DNA of 64,000 bases from Candidatus Poribacteria bacterium (GCA_965116925.1 OZ220744.1:2656001-2720000), one strand, 5' to 3'. Shown: positions 9,732 through 20,176, counted from the first letter of the stretch. Program-made: numbers and translations. Notes: generated from the sequence alone by a model not told the origin.

Positions 9732-11183
9732 CTATTGCCGTGTCGTTAAACCCGCGTAGATTTTTCGTCCTTCATTAAACAGGTGTAAAATTTCCTCTCG
9801 TTGTTCATCCTTGGTGAATTTGCCGATTCGACTGATCCAGTCGATAGAATCATCAATTGAGCGGACAAAGAACGCCGCGGATTCCTGTGCGATGCCGGGC
9901 GGAAGGCCCGTGCCAATCTGCACTGGACTGGTATGTGCGTATATCGCCTGTGCAAAGCTATCTCGTGCGTCGCCATAGGCCCGTGCGGCGATCCAACCAT
10001 CTGCTTCAACTTCGAGGTCAAATCCCCACTCACCGTTCTGTTGCGGCGTTTCATTGAACTCCTTACGTTGCGCGACGCTGCCGTTTTGGATTAACTCTAC
10101 ACGGTTAATTGGATAGTGCGAATTCCACGAAATCACTCCTGATAGTTTGCGGGTACTCCCATCTGGGGAGTCAATCCGTCCACCGGGCATTGTGCCGTCA
10201 ACGGTAAGAAATAGTGCAGGTCCGTTCGTAATAAATGTATTTCCTTCCTGCAACCCCCGCAACCAGTTATCGTAGGTAAATTCCTGATCTGTTTGGACAT
10301 AGACACGGTTGTTTGAGCAGATAAACCAATCGGTGCCGGTTGATGCTGGCAGCGACATACCACAGTTGAGCAGATGATACCAGATGTCATATTCCGGATC
10401 CATCCAGTATGGGTCGAAGAGGTTAAAGGCGTCTAGCTTGCCCAACGCTGCTGCGACCGGTGCCTCCATCCCAATCCCGTTGTGGCACCACAGCACGATG
10501 CCTCCTTGCCGTTTTGCATCGTCGCAGGCGTAGCAGAGCGGTGGGTAATCCGGATCGAAATCGCTGACGAGATCGCCGCGACTGACCGGTTCCACCACAT
10601 TGCGGATACGCAGCAGCATAATATGTCCGTAAGCCATTCCGCCCCGTCGGTAGTTGTGCCGATTCTCTTCTCCGCAGTCCACCAGATGATGGGCGGTCGA
10701 GTAGTCCGTCATAAACCCGATAGGGTACTTGTTGCTGGCGTAGGGTAACTCACGCCGCTGCAGGATGCTCACCACAGTTACGCTCAGATCATGGACTTTT
10801 GGATCGAGGTCTAGGCGGGCGTCGGGCTGCATCTCGTTCTCGCTGTAGTGGAGGTGTGTGTTGCCCGGATACCAACCTTGCGAGGGGAGATCCGTCCACC
10901 GTTTGAGCTGTAACTCGACATCAACGTGCCCTTTTTGAGGGGCTGAGACCACTTTCCGCAACGGTTCATACTCTGTACCCCGTTCCACGATAATATCCGT
11001 TGAACCCCGCGGGACATCCACCGTAAACTCGCCTGCGCTATAAAAGAATGGGTCGCCGGGACCCACTTTTAAGATGCTATCAGCGGGATGCACAAAATTT
11101 CCGCTGCTTGTCAGTACATGCACTTTTGCCTCGACCGGCTCGCCTGAAACGCTGTCTCGGATGATTCCGTGTAGTGTTCCCAT
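9732..11183 (-). CDS. CehA/McbA-family (PHP-like) metallohydrolase
   Basis: VERGTEY, GWYPGNTHLH, GEENRH, STGTD, TFITNGP, AHTSPV. Confidence 0.82.
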   Translation of the reverse strand: MGTLHGIIRDSVSGEPVEAKVHVLTSSGNFVHPADSILKVGPGDPFFYSAGEFTVDVPRGSTDIIVERGTEYEPLRKVVSAPQKGHVDVELQLKRWTDLPSQGWYPGNTHLHYSENEMQPDARLDLDPKVHDLSVTVVSILQRRELPYASNKYPIGFMTDYSTAHHLVDCGEENRHNYRRGGMAYGHIMLLRIRNVVEPVSRGDLVSDFDPDYPPLCYACDDAKRQGGIVLWCHNGIGMEAPVAAALGKLDAFNLFDPYWMDPEYDIWYHLLNCGMSLPASTGTDWFICSNNRVYVQTDQEFTYDNWLRGLQEGNTFITNGPALFLTVDGTMPGGRIDSPDGSTRKLSGVISWNSHYPINRVELIQNGSVAQRKEFNETPQQNGEWGFDLEVEADGWIAARAYGDARDSFAQAIYAHTSPVQIGTGLPPGIAQESAAFFVRSIDDSIDWISRIGKFTKDEQREEILHLFNEGRKIYAGLTTRQ

Positions 11184-11364
11184 CAATTTTCTCCTTCATC
11201 GTGATAACGCAATATAGTCGTTTTCCAATAAATTAGGACGCGGATGATTATAGCATTGCATACTGTTTTGGTCAAACTGTTAGAAATTTCCACTAGGGTC
11301 GGGATTCGGAGATCCCTCCTACAGGGGCACTAAATTTCCCTAATATTCCTGTTGAAACAAAAAA

Positions 11365-11609
11365 TAGGACTTACGCAGTTGGTTCATAAGTCCCCCTGAT
11401 TTTCCCAAGTCCCCCTGACAAGGGGGATTTAGGGGGTTAAAAATAAAGAAAATTTCACGCCACGTGCTGAATTGGCGTAATCTTGGATTCAAATGGGGCG
11501 GATAAACATGGTTGCACACAAAGTTCTATCCTTTTTTCTCTTTTTATCAGCGATAATCAGCGCAATCTGCGTCCCTATCTGCTTTTAGAACTGAACTGCG
11601 TAAGTCCTA
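11365..11609. repeat. Wrapper-B MITE-like element
   Basis: Perfect 16-bp terminal IR TAGGACTTACGCAGTT/AACTGCGTAAGTCCTA in A-runs; cargo CCCCCTGACAAGGGGGATTTAGGGGG. Confidence 0.85.
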
Positions 11610-11627
11610 AAAAAAATTAGATTAAGC

Positions 11628-11654
11628 GAACCTTTCTGCTCTGAACATCGCCTA
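11628..11654 (+). promoter_or_regulatory. Putative ECF-type autoregulated promoter
   Basis: GAACC-16 nt-CGCCTA directly upstream of the ECF gene RBS. Confidence 0.5.
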
Positions 11655-11676
11655 TTAGAGTGGAGGAGGTAATAGA

Positions 11677-13179
11677 ATGAATCAGATACCAGATACAGAA
11701 CTTATTAAAAAAAGTATTGATGGCGATGGTCAAGCCTTCGCAGCCTTAATAAAGCGCGTTGAGACACGACTTCTAAGACTTGTCAGAGCGGAGATAGCGG
11801 ATCTGACATACGCCGAAGATGTGTTGCAAGAGGTGTTGTTGGACGTGTGGCGCGGCTTGAAGCAGCTGCGAGATTGGGAACGCTGGGACGCATGGGTGCT
11901 GCAAATTGCCCGACACCGGTGCTACGATTTCTTTGGGTCGGCACAGCGTCGGGAGGAACCGATGGCGCACAGCGACCTTGAGCCGATAATCGACAGGCAG
12001 AGTGGGCACAGTGGTATTGAATCTGAATTGCTCGATTCGGTGCTAAATGTACTGTCTGAAGCACCACCGGACCAAGCTGAAGCCGCCCGCTTATTCTATG
12101 TTGAAGGTTTGACCATCAGACAAATCTCGGTGGACTTGGAAAGACCTGAAGGGACCATCAAACGATGGCTTTCCAATGCCCGCAGTTTTGTCAGGAGCCG
12201 TCTGGGATTGAGAAAAATAAGAACTCAAAGGAGAAAAACTATGGCTTTTGAAGCATTTGAACTTGAACGCAATAAGCGTGAAATGTTACGCACAATTGCT
12301 GCTTGTCGTGAAGACAAAGCAGCGTCGATTCACCTGAAGCCTCTGGCTGGAAAAACGCCCCCCGATGAGTTATGGCTGCTGACTCACTTGAGAGAGCTCT
12401 GGTTGCGTGGAGCTACGATTAAGTATCTTCCAAAGGAGATTGCTCAATTGAAGGAATTGGAGCAGCTTGATTTATTGAATACCAAACTTCAAAGGTTGCC
12501 AAACGAAATAGTATCCTTGTCACGCCTGCGATACCTAGAGGTGTTTGAAAGCCAAATTACAGAATTGCCGGAGGACTTTGGCCGTCTTGGTTCATTGCGG
12601 GTGATTATTTTGGAGCGCAGTCATCTACGGGAATTGCCTGATAGTTTTGCGAAGATGAATCGGCTTGAGATTATCGAGATGAACGACAACCGGTTGGAGA
12701 GGTTGCCGGACGATCTCAGTGGTTTAACTAATCTGCGCGTCCTAACCTTGGGCAACAACCGTCTGTCGGTAGTGCCTCAATCAATAGGTGAGCTCACTGC
12801 TATGGAGGAGTTGTACCTCGGAGCGAATCAGTTGACTGAGGTGCCCGACGAAATCGGCAATCTTGAGAGGCTTGAGACGTTCCAAATAACAAGGAATCAG
12901 GTCCGTGCGCTGCCATCGACGATTGGTCGTTGGAAAAACTTGCGACACCTCGCGGTGGAATCCAATCAATTGACTGAGCTTCCGCCGGAGGTTGGCCAAA
13001 TGACGGAACTGATAGAACTCGGCGTTAGCAACAACCAGCTGCGTTCTTTACCGAAAGAACTGGCAGATTTGCCGAACTTGGAGGTTGTGAGGATACACGA
13101 TAACCCGCTTCCAGAACGGTTGATCGAGGCGGCAAAAACGGGAGTCGATGAATTCCGTCAGGTGCTATTAGAAATGTGA
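11677..13179 (+). CDS. ECF sigma factor fused to leucine-rich repeat domain
   Basis: Sigma2 (AEDVLQEV..W..WVLQIARHRC) and sigma4 (FYVEGLTIRQI..PEGTIKRWLSNAR), then about 11 23-aa LRRs (L..L.L..N.L..LP..IG.L). Confidence 0.9.
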   Translation: MNQIPDTELIKKSIDGDGQAFAALIKRVETRLLRLVRAEIADLTYAEDVLQEVLLDVWRGLKQLRDWERWDAWVLQIARHRCYDFFGSAQRREEPMAHSDLEPIIDRQSGHSGIESELLDSVLNVLSEAPPDQAEAARLFYVEGLTIRQISVDLERPEGTIKRWLSNARSFVRSRLGLRKIRTQRRKTMAFEAFELERNKREMLRTIAACREDKAASIHLKPLAGKTPPDELWLLTHLRELWLRGATIKYLPKEIAQLKELEQLDLLNTKLQRLPNEIVSLSRLRYLEVFESQITELPEDFGRLGSLRVIILERSHLRELPDSFAKMNRLEIIEMNDNRLERLPDDLSGLTNLRVLTLGNNRLSVVPQSIGELTAMEELYLGANQLTEVPDEIGNLERLETFQITRNQVRALPSTIGRWKNLRHLAVESNQLTELPPEVGQMTELIELGVSNNQLRSLPKELADLPNLEVVRIHDNPLPERLIEAAKTGVDEFRQVLLEM

Positions 13180-13206
13180 CGAAACATGAGAGAATGAAAA
13201 CATACC

Positions 13207-13240
13207 CGCCCTCAGTTCTCCAATGGCTGAGGGCGTTTTT
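13207..13240 (+). terminator. Intrinsic terminator
   Basis: CGCCCTCAG/CTGAGGGCG stem plus TTTTT. Confidence 0.75.
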
Positions 13241-13449
13241 CTGATCTGTAAGATTTCTAATGGGCGCATTACAGGATTATGTGAATTATATTGAGATTAG
13301 TGAATTATATTGACGGTGCTCTTACATCCCATAACTAGCGTAAAATATGATTGGTGCACAACGCCCACGGGATGCCTCAACTATCAGCACCTCCAGAAAT
13401 ATGAAAAACGACCCTGAAGATGTAATAAACGTGAAAGGATGAAGTAAGT

Positions 13450-14742
13450 TTGAAATTTGGTGAAGGATTTTTTATTGGATTCACAGCCATTCGTACGAAC
13501 AAGATGCGTTCCCTTTTGACAATGATTGGGATCGTCGTTGGTGTGGCTTCGGTGCTGTCAATGATTGCTATTGGCGACGGTGCCAAGCTTATCATTCTTG
13601 ATTCGTTTGAAAAGATTGGTGGTGCCCATCACTTCCGCCTAAATCGCAACCCATGGATCAAAAAAGATGGTCGCTGGGAACCCAATCGCAGCGGCGAATA
13701 TTTGACATATGAGGATGTGCTTGCGATTGAAGCCGAATGCCCATCTGTCTCTAACGCGTGGTGTCGCATTAATTACTATAATATCCTTGTCCTTGCCAAT
13801 GGTGGTGCAGAGAAACGGACAGGAGTGATTGGTACTATTCCCCTCTATGAAATTGGGATGAGCTGGGGACCCGAACGGGGTCGATTTATTTCTGAAGCCG
13901 ATATCGCGAATCGAACCAAAGTCTGCGTTCTAGCAACAAATGTGTCAGAGGCATTATTCGGCGAAGAAGATCCGATCGGTGAGGAGGTTAAGGTTATCCT
14001 AGATTACGAGGGGTGGTCGGGCGGTTGGCGACCCAATCGCGTTGCCGAGCGATTCAAGGTTGTAGGCGTGATGCGACAGCGGGGGAAAGTCCTCGGTGGC
14101 TCATGGAATCTTGACGATCGTTTGTTTATCCCCTTAACGACCATGCAGGAGCGATTGTCGGGCGATCATCATGTCCGGTCATTCTCAATCCAAGCAAAGA
14201 GCGTGGATCACATTGACCAAGCGATTGATGAAGTTAAAGCGGTGCTGAGAAAACGACATCGCAACCAAGACGATTTCTTTAAGATCGATGTGCCGAAGGC
14301 AAAATTTGCCCAATTCGAGAAGGTGAGTAGACTTATTAAAATCGTGCTTGGAGGCATTGCTGGTTTTTCGTTGCTCGTCGGTGGTATCGGTATCATGAAC
14401 ATGATGCTAGTGTCGGTAACCGAGCGCAGCCGAGAGATTGGATTGCGAAAAGCACTTGGTGCGAAACGCAGAGATATTTTGTTCCAGTTCTTGGTGGAAG
14501 CCGTTTCTATGTGTAGTGTTGGCGGGTTGCTCGGTGTTGGACTAGGCATCTTTGCCGGGCAGGGCATGGCGAATGTCGCTGTAAAGATCGCTAAGGTTGT
14601 TCCGGAGTGGCCTGCCGTGATCTCGGTTCAATGGATGGTTATCTCGGTTGCCTTCTCGGCAATGATTGGCATCTTTTTTGGGGTGTATCCGGCGATCAAA
14701 GCGGCACGACTTTCCCCCATTGAAGCGTTACGGGCAGAATAG
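13450..14742 (+). CDS. MacB/FtsX-family ABC transporter permease
   Basis: NKMRSLLTMIGIVVGV, GGIGIMNMMLVSVTER.REIGLRKALGA, PIEALR. Confidence 0.93.
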   Translation: MKFGEGFFIGFTAIRTNKMRSLLTMIGIVVGVASVLSMIAIGDGAKLIILDSFEKIGGAHHFRLNRNPWIKKDGRWEPNRSGEYLTYEDVLAIEAECPSVSNAWCRINYYNILVLANGGAEKRTGVIGTIPLYEIGMSWGPERGRFISEADIANRTKVCVLATNVSEALFGEEDPIGEEVKVILDYEGWSGGWRPNRVAERFKVVGVMRQRGKVLGGSWNLDDRLFIPLTTMQERLSGDHHVRSFSIQAKSVDHIDQAIDEVKAVLRKRHRNQDDFFKIDVPKAKFAQFEKVSRLIKIVLGGIAGFSLLVGGIGIMNMMLVSVTERSREIGLRKALGAKRRDILFQFLVEAVSMCSVGGLLGVGLGIFAGQGMANVAVKIAKVVPEWPAVISVQWMVISVAFSAMIGIFFGVYPAIKAARLSPIEALRAE

Positions 14743-14783
14743 GGGCTCCTCCGAAATCGGGGCCTGCACCATAATTGCTGTAT

Positions 14784-16415
14784 TCACGATTGGTTCGCAG
14801 CTGGCGGAGGGATATTTTTGATATATTGCTCGATCCCTTTGGCGATCGCTGTTGCTAGCTGACGCTGGTATGTCTTTGTCGTAAGTCTCTTGCCTTCCGT
14901 TGGATTTGAGATGAAACCTACCTCAACAAGCACTGCGGGCACTTTTGTGCCGATGAGAACCACAAAAGGGGCATGTTTAACACCCCGGTCCCTCACCTGT
15001 TTTCCTGATGTCAGCTGCGCTTGAATCAGTTCTGCCAGCCGGCGGCTCTCCGTGCTTTTGCTTTCCTTTAGGATTCTTCCCACAAGCGCATCCAATTCCT
15101 TCATGTTGTACTCTGCCCCTGCGTTTTCGCGCATGGCGGTGATTCGGGCGGATTCGTCGGAAGCGAGGGCGAGGTAGTAGGTTTCTATGCCGACCGCCGA
15201 GCGGACGATGCTGGCGTTGGTGTGGATGCTGATAAACAGATCGGCTTTTTGGTTTGTTGCAAACTGTGTCCGTTCTCTGAGTGGGAGAAAAACATCGGTT
15301 TCACGCGTCAATCGGACCTTATACCCTTTCTTAACAAGGATGTCGCGCAGCGTTCTTGATAGGCTGAGCACAATCTGTTTTTCTTGCCTCTTTTGACTCA
15401 CGGCACCGGGATCTTTACCGCCGTGTCCTGGATCAATAACGATGGTTTTGACACTCAGGCCTAGTTGTTGTGCAAGCGACGGATCGGGGACAGGTTGTGG
15501 CGTTTTTGGCGGTTCAGGTGTAGGTTTGGTAGCCTTCAGCGGTGAGACTGGTTTCTCCTCAGCGGGAGGCTTCTGAGGTTTAGCCTCGCTTGCTGAACGG
15601 ACGGTTTTGGGTTTAGCACCGCCTTTTTTTGGTAGTGGCACGTTAGCGACAGGTTGCGGTGCTTTTGGGGGTTCAGGGGGCGGAGGCTCGGTCACTTCCG
15701 GCGGTGGTTTAGGCGGATTCGGTTGAACGACTTGGAGTGATTCCGGGGGCGTAGGTTCTGGTGGAGAATCGACAGGTGCTTCCTCCTCGGTTTGTTCGGT
15801 ATCAAGGCGTGAAGCTCGTTTTTCGGCTTGGGTGACGATCTGGAGATCTTGGCTTCGCTGGGAGAGTGCTTCGTATGTAACGCGCGCGAATGTGAAGTAA
15901 CCTTGTGCTTCGTAGGCTCTGCCGAGCCGCAGCTGTGCCTTATCGGCGAGCGCGTGGTTGGGATAGCGACTAATGATTGTTTGATAGTATGGCACCGCTT
16001 TGTCGTGATCTTGAAGGCGATCGTGGCAATCTCCTAGCCAGTAGTGCGCCTCGGCTGCGTGTGGTGAATCGGGGTAATCTTGGAGCAGTATCGTGAGTGC
16101 GGTGATTGCGTTGTCAAGTGCCGGCTGTTCGTTTCGTTGTCCCAACCAGAGCCAGCAGGAGGCGATTGCGTATTGAGCATCGTCCGCCCACTCCCCTTCC
16201 GTATCTGCGTCTATGGTCCCCTGAAATTCTTCAATCAAGGACTCCCATTCTGCTTTAGTAGATGGGATCTCTCCGTGTGCGAGTTGGTAATGCTTGGCTG
16301 CGGCCACACGATAAAGGGCTGATGCGTCCGGCGGTGGCGGTGCAGGTGGCATTGCGGGTGAGCAAGCAAGCAGCAGGGATCCGAGTAAAATAAGGGTGTA
16401 TGTATAGGTTTTCAT
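14784..16415 (-). CDS. Lipoprotein: TPR domain, Pro-rich linker, N-acetylmuramoyl-L-alanine amidase (Amidase_3)
   Basis: LLLAC lipobox; YPDSPHA/YPNHALA TPRs; IDPGHGGKDPGA, FISIHTN, VLVEVGFISN. Confidence 0.9.
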   Translation of the reverse strand: MKTYTYTLILLGSLLLACSPAMPPAPPPPDASALYRVAAAKHYQLAHGEIPSTKAEWESLIEEFQGTIDADTEGEWADDAQYAIASCWLWLGQRNEQPALDNAITALTILLQDYPDSPHAAEAHYWLGDCHDRLQDHDKAVPYYQTIISRYPNHALADKAQLRLGRAYEAQGYFTFARVTYEALSQRSQDLQIVTQAEKRASRLDTEQTEEEAPVDSPPEPTPPESLQVVQPNPPKPPPEVTEPPPPEPPKAPQPVANVPLPKKGGAKPKTVRSASEAKPQKPPAEEKPVSPLKATKPTPEPPKTPQPVPDPSLAQQLGLSVKTIVIDPGHGGKDPGAVSQKRQEKQIVLSLSRTLRDILVKKGYKVRLTRETDVFLPLRERTQFATNQKADLFISIHTNASIVRSAVGIETYYLALASDESARITAMRENAGAEYNMKELDALVGRILKESKSTESRRLAELIQAQLTSGKQVRDRGVKHAPFVVLIGTKVPAVLVEVGFISNPTEGKRLTTKTYQRQLATAIAKGIEQYIKNIPPPAANQS

Positions 16416-16542
16416 GGTGCTCTCTAAGATGCGCTGGTTGTGAGTGTTGGATTTCACTCTCACTGTCCGTAAAAACATGGTGCTGAAAGGCATAAGTGCT
16501 ATTATCCTTAATAGCGCGGGACTTTCCAACGTTCAACCCAAC

Positions 16543-17409
16543 CTACAATACTGATTCGGTCATGTGTTGATGTAAACTGTTCGCAAGTGCGGCAAACTCG
16601 GCGATGTCCAGCGTTTCTCCGCGTCGCCGTGGATCGATGGCAAGTTGATCACAAACAGCATTGAGTACGTCAGTAGAGATAAAAACGCCGTTTTTTAGGA
16701 GGGCGTTTCGTAACATTTTGCGCCGAGATTGGAACGCAGCGCGGACAATCCGAAAGAATAGCGCTTCATTTTCGATTGCGACTTGAGGGGTATCGCGCAT
16801 CTGTAGCCTTAGGACGGAGGAGTCAACTTGCGGGGAAGGGAAGAATTGATTTGGTGGGATTCTGTGCACAATTTCAGCCTCGGCGTAGTAGGAGACACCG
16901 ATTGAGAGGGCACCGTAGCGTTTGTTTCCCGGTGGAGAGATGATGCGTTCTGCGACTTCTGTCTGCATCGTTAAAACGCAAGAACCGATGTTCTGATGAT
17001 ACTTCAATAACTCCCATAGAACCGGTGTGGTGATATAGTAGGGGAGGTTGGCGACAATTTTGGTGTGTTCAGGTGGGAAGTCATTTAGCAGGGCAGGGAG
17101 GTCCTGTTTGAGAATATCGCCTTGGATCAGGGAGATATGAGGCGTTTTTGAGAATTTGAGCTGCAATTCGGCGTATAGAAAATCATCAATTTCAATCGCA
17201 ACAACGCTTTTAGCGGTGGCTGCTAGCACGGATGTGAGAAATCCGAGTCCCGCCCCGATCTCCAAGACGAAATCAGCATCGGTCAGTTTTGCACTCCAAG
17301 CTATCTCCTGCAAGGCGTGTGGATCAATCAGGAAGTGCTGACCAAGTTTCTGGTTGGGGTTTCTGCCGGTGCGTTTGAGGAAGTCACGGGTTTGTTGGTA
17401 GAGAGTCAT
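16543..17409 (-). CDS. rsmA: 16S rRNA A1518/A1519 dimethyltransferase
   Basis: LGQHFL, LEIGAGLG, ANLPYYITTP, RRKML. Confidence 0.96.
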   Translation of the reverse strand: MTLYQQTRDFLKRTGRNPNQKLGQHFLIDPHALQEIAWSAKLTDADFVLEIGAGLGFLTSVLAATAKSVVAIEIDDFLYAELQLKFSKTPHISLIQGDILKQDLPALLNDFPPEHTKIVANLPYYITTPVLWELLKYHQNIGSCVLTMQTEVAERIISPPGNKRYGALSIGVSYYAEAEIVHRIPPNQFFPSPQVDSSVLRLQMRDTPQVAIENEALFFRIVRAAFQSRRKMLRNALLKNGVFISTDVLNAVCDQLAIDPRRRGETLDIAEFAALANSLHQHMTESVL

Positions 17410-17437
17410 TTCTGTGGATTTTGTGTTTGGCGGGTGG

Positions 17438-17463
17438 AGGGAACGCAGATCTGCGTTCCCTAC
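17438..17463. repeat. REP-like perfect palindrome ending CCTAC
   Basis: AGGGAACGCAGATCTGCGTTCCCT; second copy at 29377-29402. Confidence 0.75.
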
Positions 17464-17478
17464 GAAAACTGTGTTAAT

Positions 17479-18360
17479 TTAGTATATGGTTACGCCGACC
17501 TCTCGTGCGACGTGCCGGATATATTGCTGACCTGTGATGGTGTCTTCGTATGGGAAATGTTCCACATAAAGCGTGACATCGTGGTTCAACTCATCCAACC
17601 GTCGTAGGATGGTCGCATAGTCCATAACGCCGGATTCATAACGGTGCTCCGCTTCTTTTGCCCCCGGAACCGCTTCGTCTATGTGAACGACTGATAAGCG
17701 TCCGCTCTCGTTCGGGCGCACCGCCGATATCGACAAGTCTTTCGCATGGAGTGCGGTGATTTTATCGCCCATCTCATCGAAAATCTGATTTACCAACTCT
17801 GTTGTTCTGTAGAACAGGTGGGGCCATGTCAGGTTTACGCAGTCCATCAGTGCCTTCATTCGGGGTGAGGCGGCTGCCTCAAACATCTCTTTGTACCGTT
17901 CTACGGAGCAGAGCGGGCTCATAATATGGGGGTGTGCGGCAACGTCCATCTCCGCTGCCTCTGCCTCTCTTGCCAAATCCGCCGCAGCGTCGAGGCATCG
18001 CTTCCACGCGTCTTCAGTCCACATTTGGGGTGTGCATCTGTAGGTTAATCCAACGTTAAACCCAACGCAGTGCGCGCCTAAGATTCGAGCGTGACGTAGT
18101 TGACGGCGATAGTGTTCGATGGCTGATTGGTATTCATCTTCATCTGCTGCGCCGAACCCGCTGTGGAATGCACTAAACTCACCCGGACGTATGTCGTGAT
18201 CTTCGAGGAATTTCCGCGCCTCTTCGACATCGGCATCGCTCCAATCGGCGGGGGTGCTCATGGAAACTGTTTTTACCTCCATGATGCTGACTTTGCGGAG
18301 AAACTCCTCCCGCTCTTCTGCGGTTTTCCCCGGATGTATGTTTGGACTCATTAAAATCAT
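17479..18360 (-). CDS. Sugar phosphate isomerase/epimerase (xylose isomerase-like TIM barrel)
   Basis: AHPH, MDCVN, LHAKD, YVEH pattern. Confidence 0.8.
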   Translation of the reverse strand: MILMSPNIHPGKTAEEREEFLRKVSIMEVKTVSMSTPADWSDADVEEARKFLEDHDIRPGEFSAFHSGFGAADEDEYQSAIEHYRRQLRHARILGAHCVGFNVGLTYRCTPQMWTEDAWKRCLDAAADLAREAEAAEMDVAAHPHIMSPLCSVERYKEMFEAAASPRMKALMDCVNLTWPHLFYRTTELVNQIFDEMGDKITALHAKDLSISAVRPNESGRLSVVHIDEAVPGAKEAEHRYESGVMDYATILRRLDELNHDVTLYVEHFPYEDTITGQQYIRHVAREVGVTIY

Positions 18361-19569
18361 TTAATCTTCTCCCTGGATCAATTCAACCACGTGATCTAAG
18401 ATGCGATTCGCAACTTCGCGTTTGGAGAGGAGGGGTAGTTGTTCGCAATTCCCGCTTTGGTCCAACAGAGTTACGATGTTGGTATCGCCTTCAAAACCTG
18501 CGCCTTCCGCCAATACGTCGTTTGCTACGATGAGATCACAGTTCTTCTTGATTAGCTTCTTTTGAGCATTCTCTAGGAGATCATTCGTCTCGGCGGCGAA
18601 ACCGACTGTGATTTGTCCCTTCTTTTTGCGCTCGCCTAGGGCTTTTGCGATGTCGGGGTTTTGTTCCAGTGGAATGGTCAATTGATCTGCCCTTTTCTTG
18701 ATTTTGTTCGGGGAGAATGCTTGGGGACGGTAGTCAGCGACGGCTGCCGCCATCACCACGATGTCGGTCTGATTGAACCCTTCGAGGAGTGCGTCTTGCA
18801 GCTCTAGAGTGGTTTCTATGTAGCGGGTTTCGACGCCGGTGGGTGGTCCTGCTGTCGCTGCTCCGCTGATAAGGAGTACCTCTGCACCGCGATCCCGCGC
18901 TGCTTCGGCGACCGCATATCCCATCTTTCCGCTGGATCGGTTGCTGATAAAGCGGACTGGATCGAGGTATTCCCGCGTCGGTCCTGCCGTGACAACCACT
19001 CGCTTCCCATCTAGGTCTTTGGGTGTTTGCAACATTTGGGTGATGCGTTCCAAGATAACTTCGACGGTGTTCAAGCGTCCCATGCCCTGTTTTCCGGAGG
19101 CGAGATCTCCGCTGACGGGCTCGACAAATTGGACACCGTGTTCCTTCAGGCTTTGCATGTTTGCCGCGACAAATGGGTTTTCATACATGTGTTGTTCCAT
19201 CGCGGGTGCGATTAGGATTGGGCAGTGGACGGAGATTGCGACGGTGGAGAGTGCGTTGTCAGCGATGCCGTTCGCCATTTTGCCGATGATGTTTGCGGTG
19301 GCGGGGACGATTGCTAGCAGATCGGCTTTATCTGCGAGGTCGATGTGCACCGGTTTCCAATCGGAGCCGATATCGAAAAGGTCAAGCAGAACAGGGTTTC
19401 GGGAGATGACTTGGAATTGGATCGGCTGCACCAAGCGTGTGGCGTTTTCGGTCATGACAACGTGTACGGAATGGCCTTGCTTCACCAATTGGCTCGCTAG
19501 GTCAATGGATTTGTGGATGGCGATTCCGCCGGTAACGCCGAGGATGATGGTTTTGTTTTCTTGTTTCAT
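18361..19569 (-). CDS. coaBC: Bifunctional phosphopantothenoylcysteine decarboxylase/synthetase
   Basis: [46 protein letters not shown]. Confidence 0.97.
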   Translation of the reverse strand: MKQENKTIILGVTGGIAIHKSIDLASQLVKQGHSVHVVMTENATRLVQPIQFQVISRNPVLLDLFDIGSDWKPVHIDLADKADLLAIVPATANIIGKMANGIADNALSTVAISVHCPILIAPAMEQHMYENPFVAANMQSLKEHGVQFVEPVSGDLASGKQGMGRLNTVEVILERITQMLQTPKDLDGKRVVVTAGPTREYLDPVRFISNRSSGKMGYAVAEAARDRGAEVLLISGAATAGPPTGVETRYIETTLELQDALLEGFNQTDIVVMAAAVADYRPQAFSPNKIKKRADQLTIPLEQNPDIAKALGERKKKGQITVGFAAETNDLLENAQKKLIKKNCDLIVANDVLAEGAGFEGDTNIVTLLDQSGNCEQLPLLSKREVANRILDHVVELIQGED

Positions 19570-19598
19570 GGTTTTGTTTTCTTGTACTGATAAGGGAC

Positions 19599-19736
19599 TA
19601 TGGTAGATTTTAGAATTACTTAGATGCTCCCAATACACCGCCAACCCCCTAAATCCCCCTTATCAGGGGGACTTTGGAAACTTCATTAAGGTCGGAATTA
19701 TTTGGTAATCTCCATTTATTTCTCTAGTTCACCATA
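19599..19736. repeat. Wrapper-A element in inverted orientation with CCCCCT..AGGGGG cargo
   Basis: TATGGTAGATTTTAGAATTA / TTTATTTCTCTAGTTCACCATA ends; cargo CCCCCTAAATCCCCCTTATCAGGGGGACTT. Confidence 0.7.
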
Positions 19737-19765
19737 AATAGAAACACTCATGTGGGTAAAATGGG

Positions 19766-20176
19766 CTACCCTCGTAGCGTTATCCCCATCATTGGAAAAT
19801 GTTGATCGAAAGCAAATGCCTCTGAGATGTTATAACTCCGACAAACAACAAAGCTGGTACAATCCGTAAATGATAACTTCGCAGTATCGTATTGACGAAA
19901 GAGTCGCTCTGCTTCTTGAAACAAAATGCTGTCGATTGCTGCAACGGTTAAATCACCTGCTCCTTCAGAACTTTCGATAAGGTCAAGAAACTCGACTGCT
20001 ACCAAGTAATTCACTCTATATCTGAGCCAAGTTGCAGTCTCATCAATCACATAATCGGTGGTTAGGAATCGTGTGTTCTGCTGCTTTAAGGTTGCGTAAA
20101 TTATAATGGCATCGTCATGATGTTGATCCCTCCGATCCAAGAGGGCAATCCAGGTACCACTATCAACAAAAATCAT
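19766..20176 (-). CDS. vapC: PIN-domain (VapC-family) toxin
   Basis: IFVDSGTWIAL, TTDYVIDE, LSFTDC, AFAFDQHF. Confidence 0.92.
   Translation of the reverse strand: MIFVDSGTWIALLDRRDQHHDDAIIIYATLKQQNTRFLTTDYVIDETATWLRYRVNYLVAVEFLDLIESSEGAGDLTVAAIDSILFQEAERLFRQYDTAKLSFTDCTSFVVCRSYNISEAFAFDQHFPMMGITLRG

Noticed and set aside
18839..19606. Long antisense ORFs (also 34926-35687, 38012-38653)
   Set aside because: Shadows of well-supported genes on the opposite strand, with no motifs
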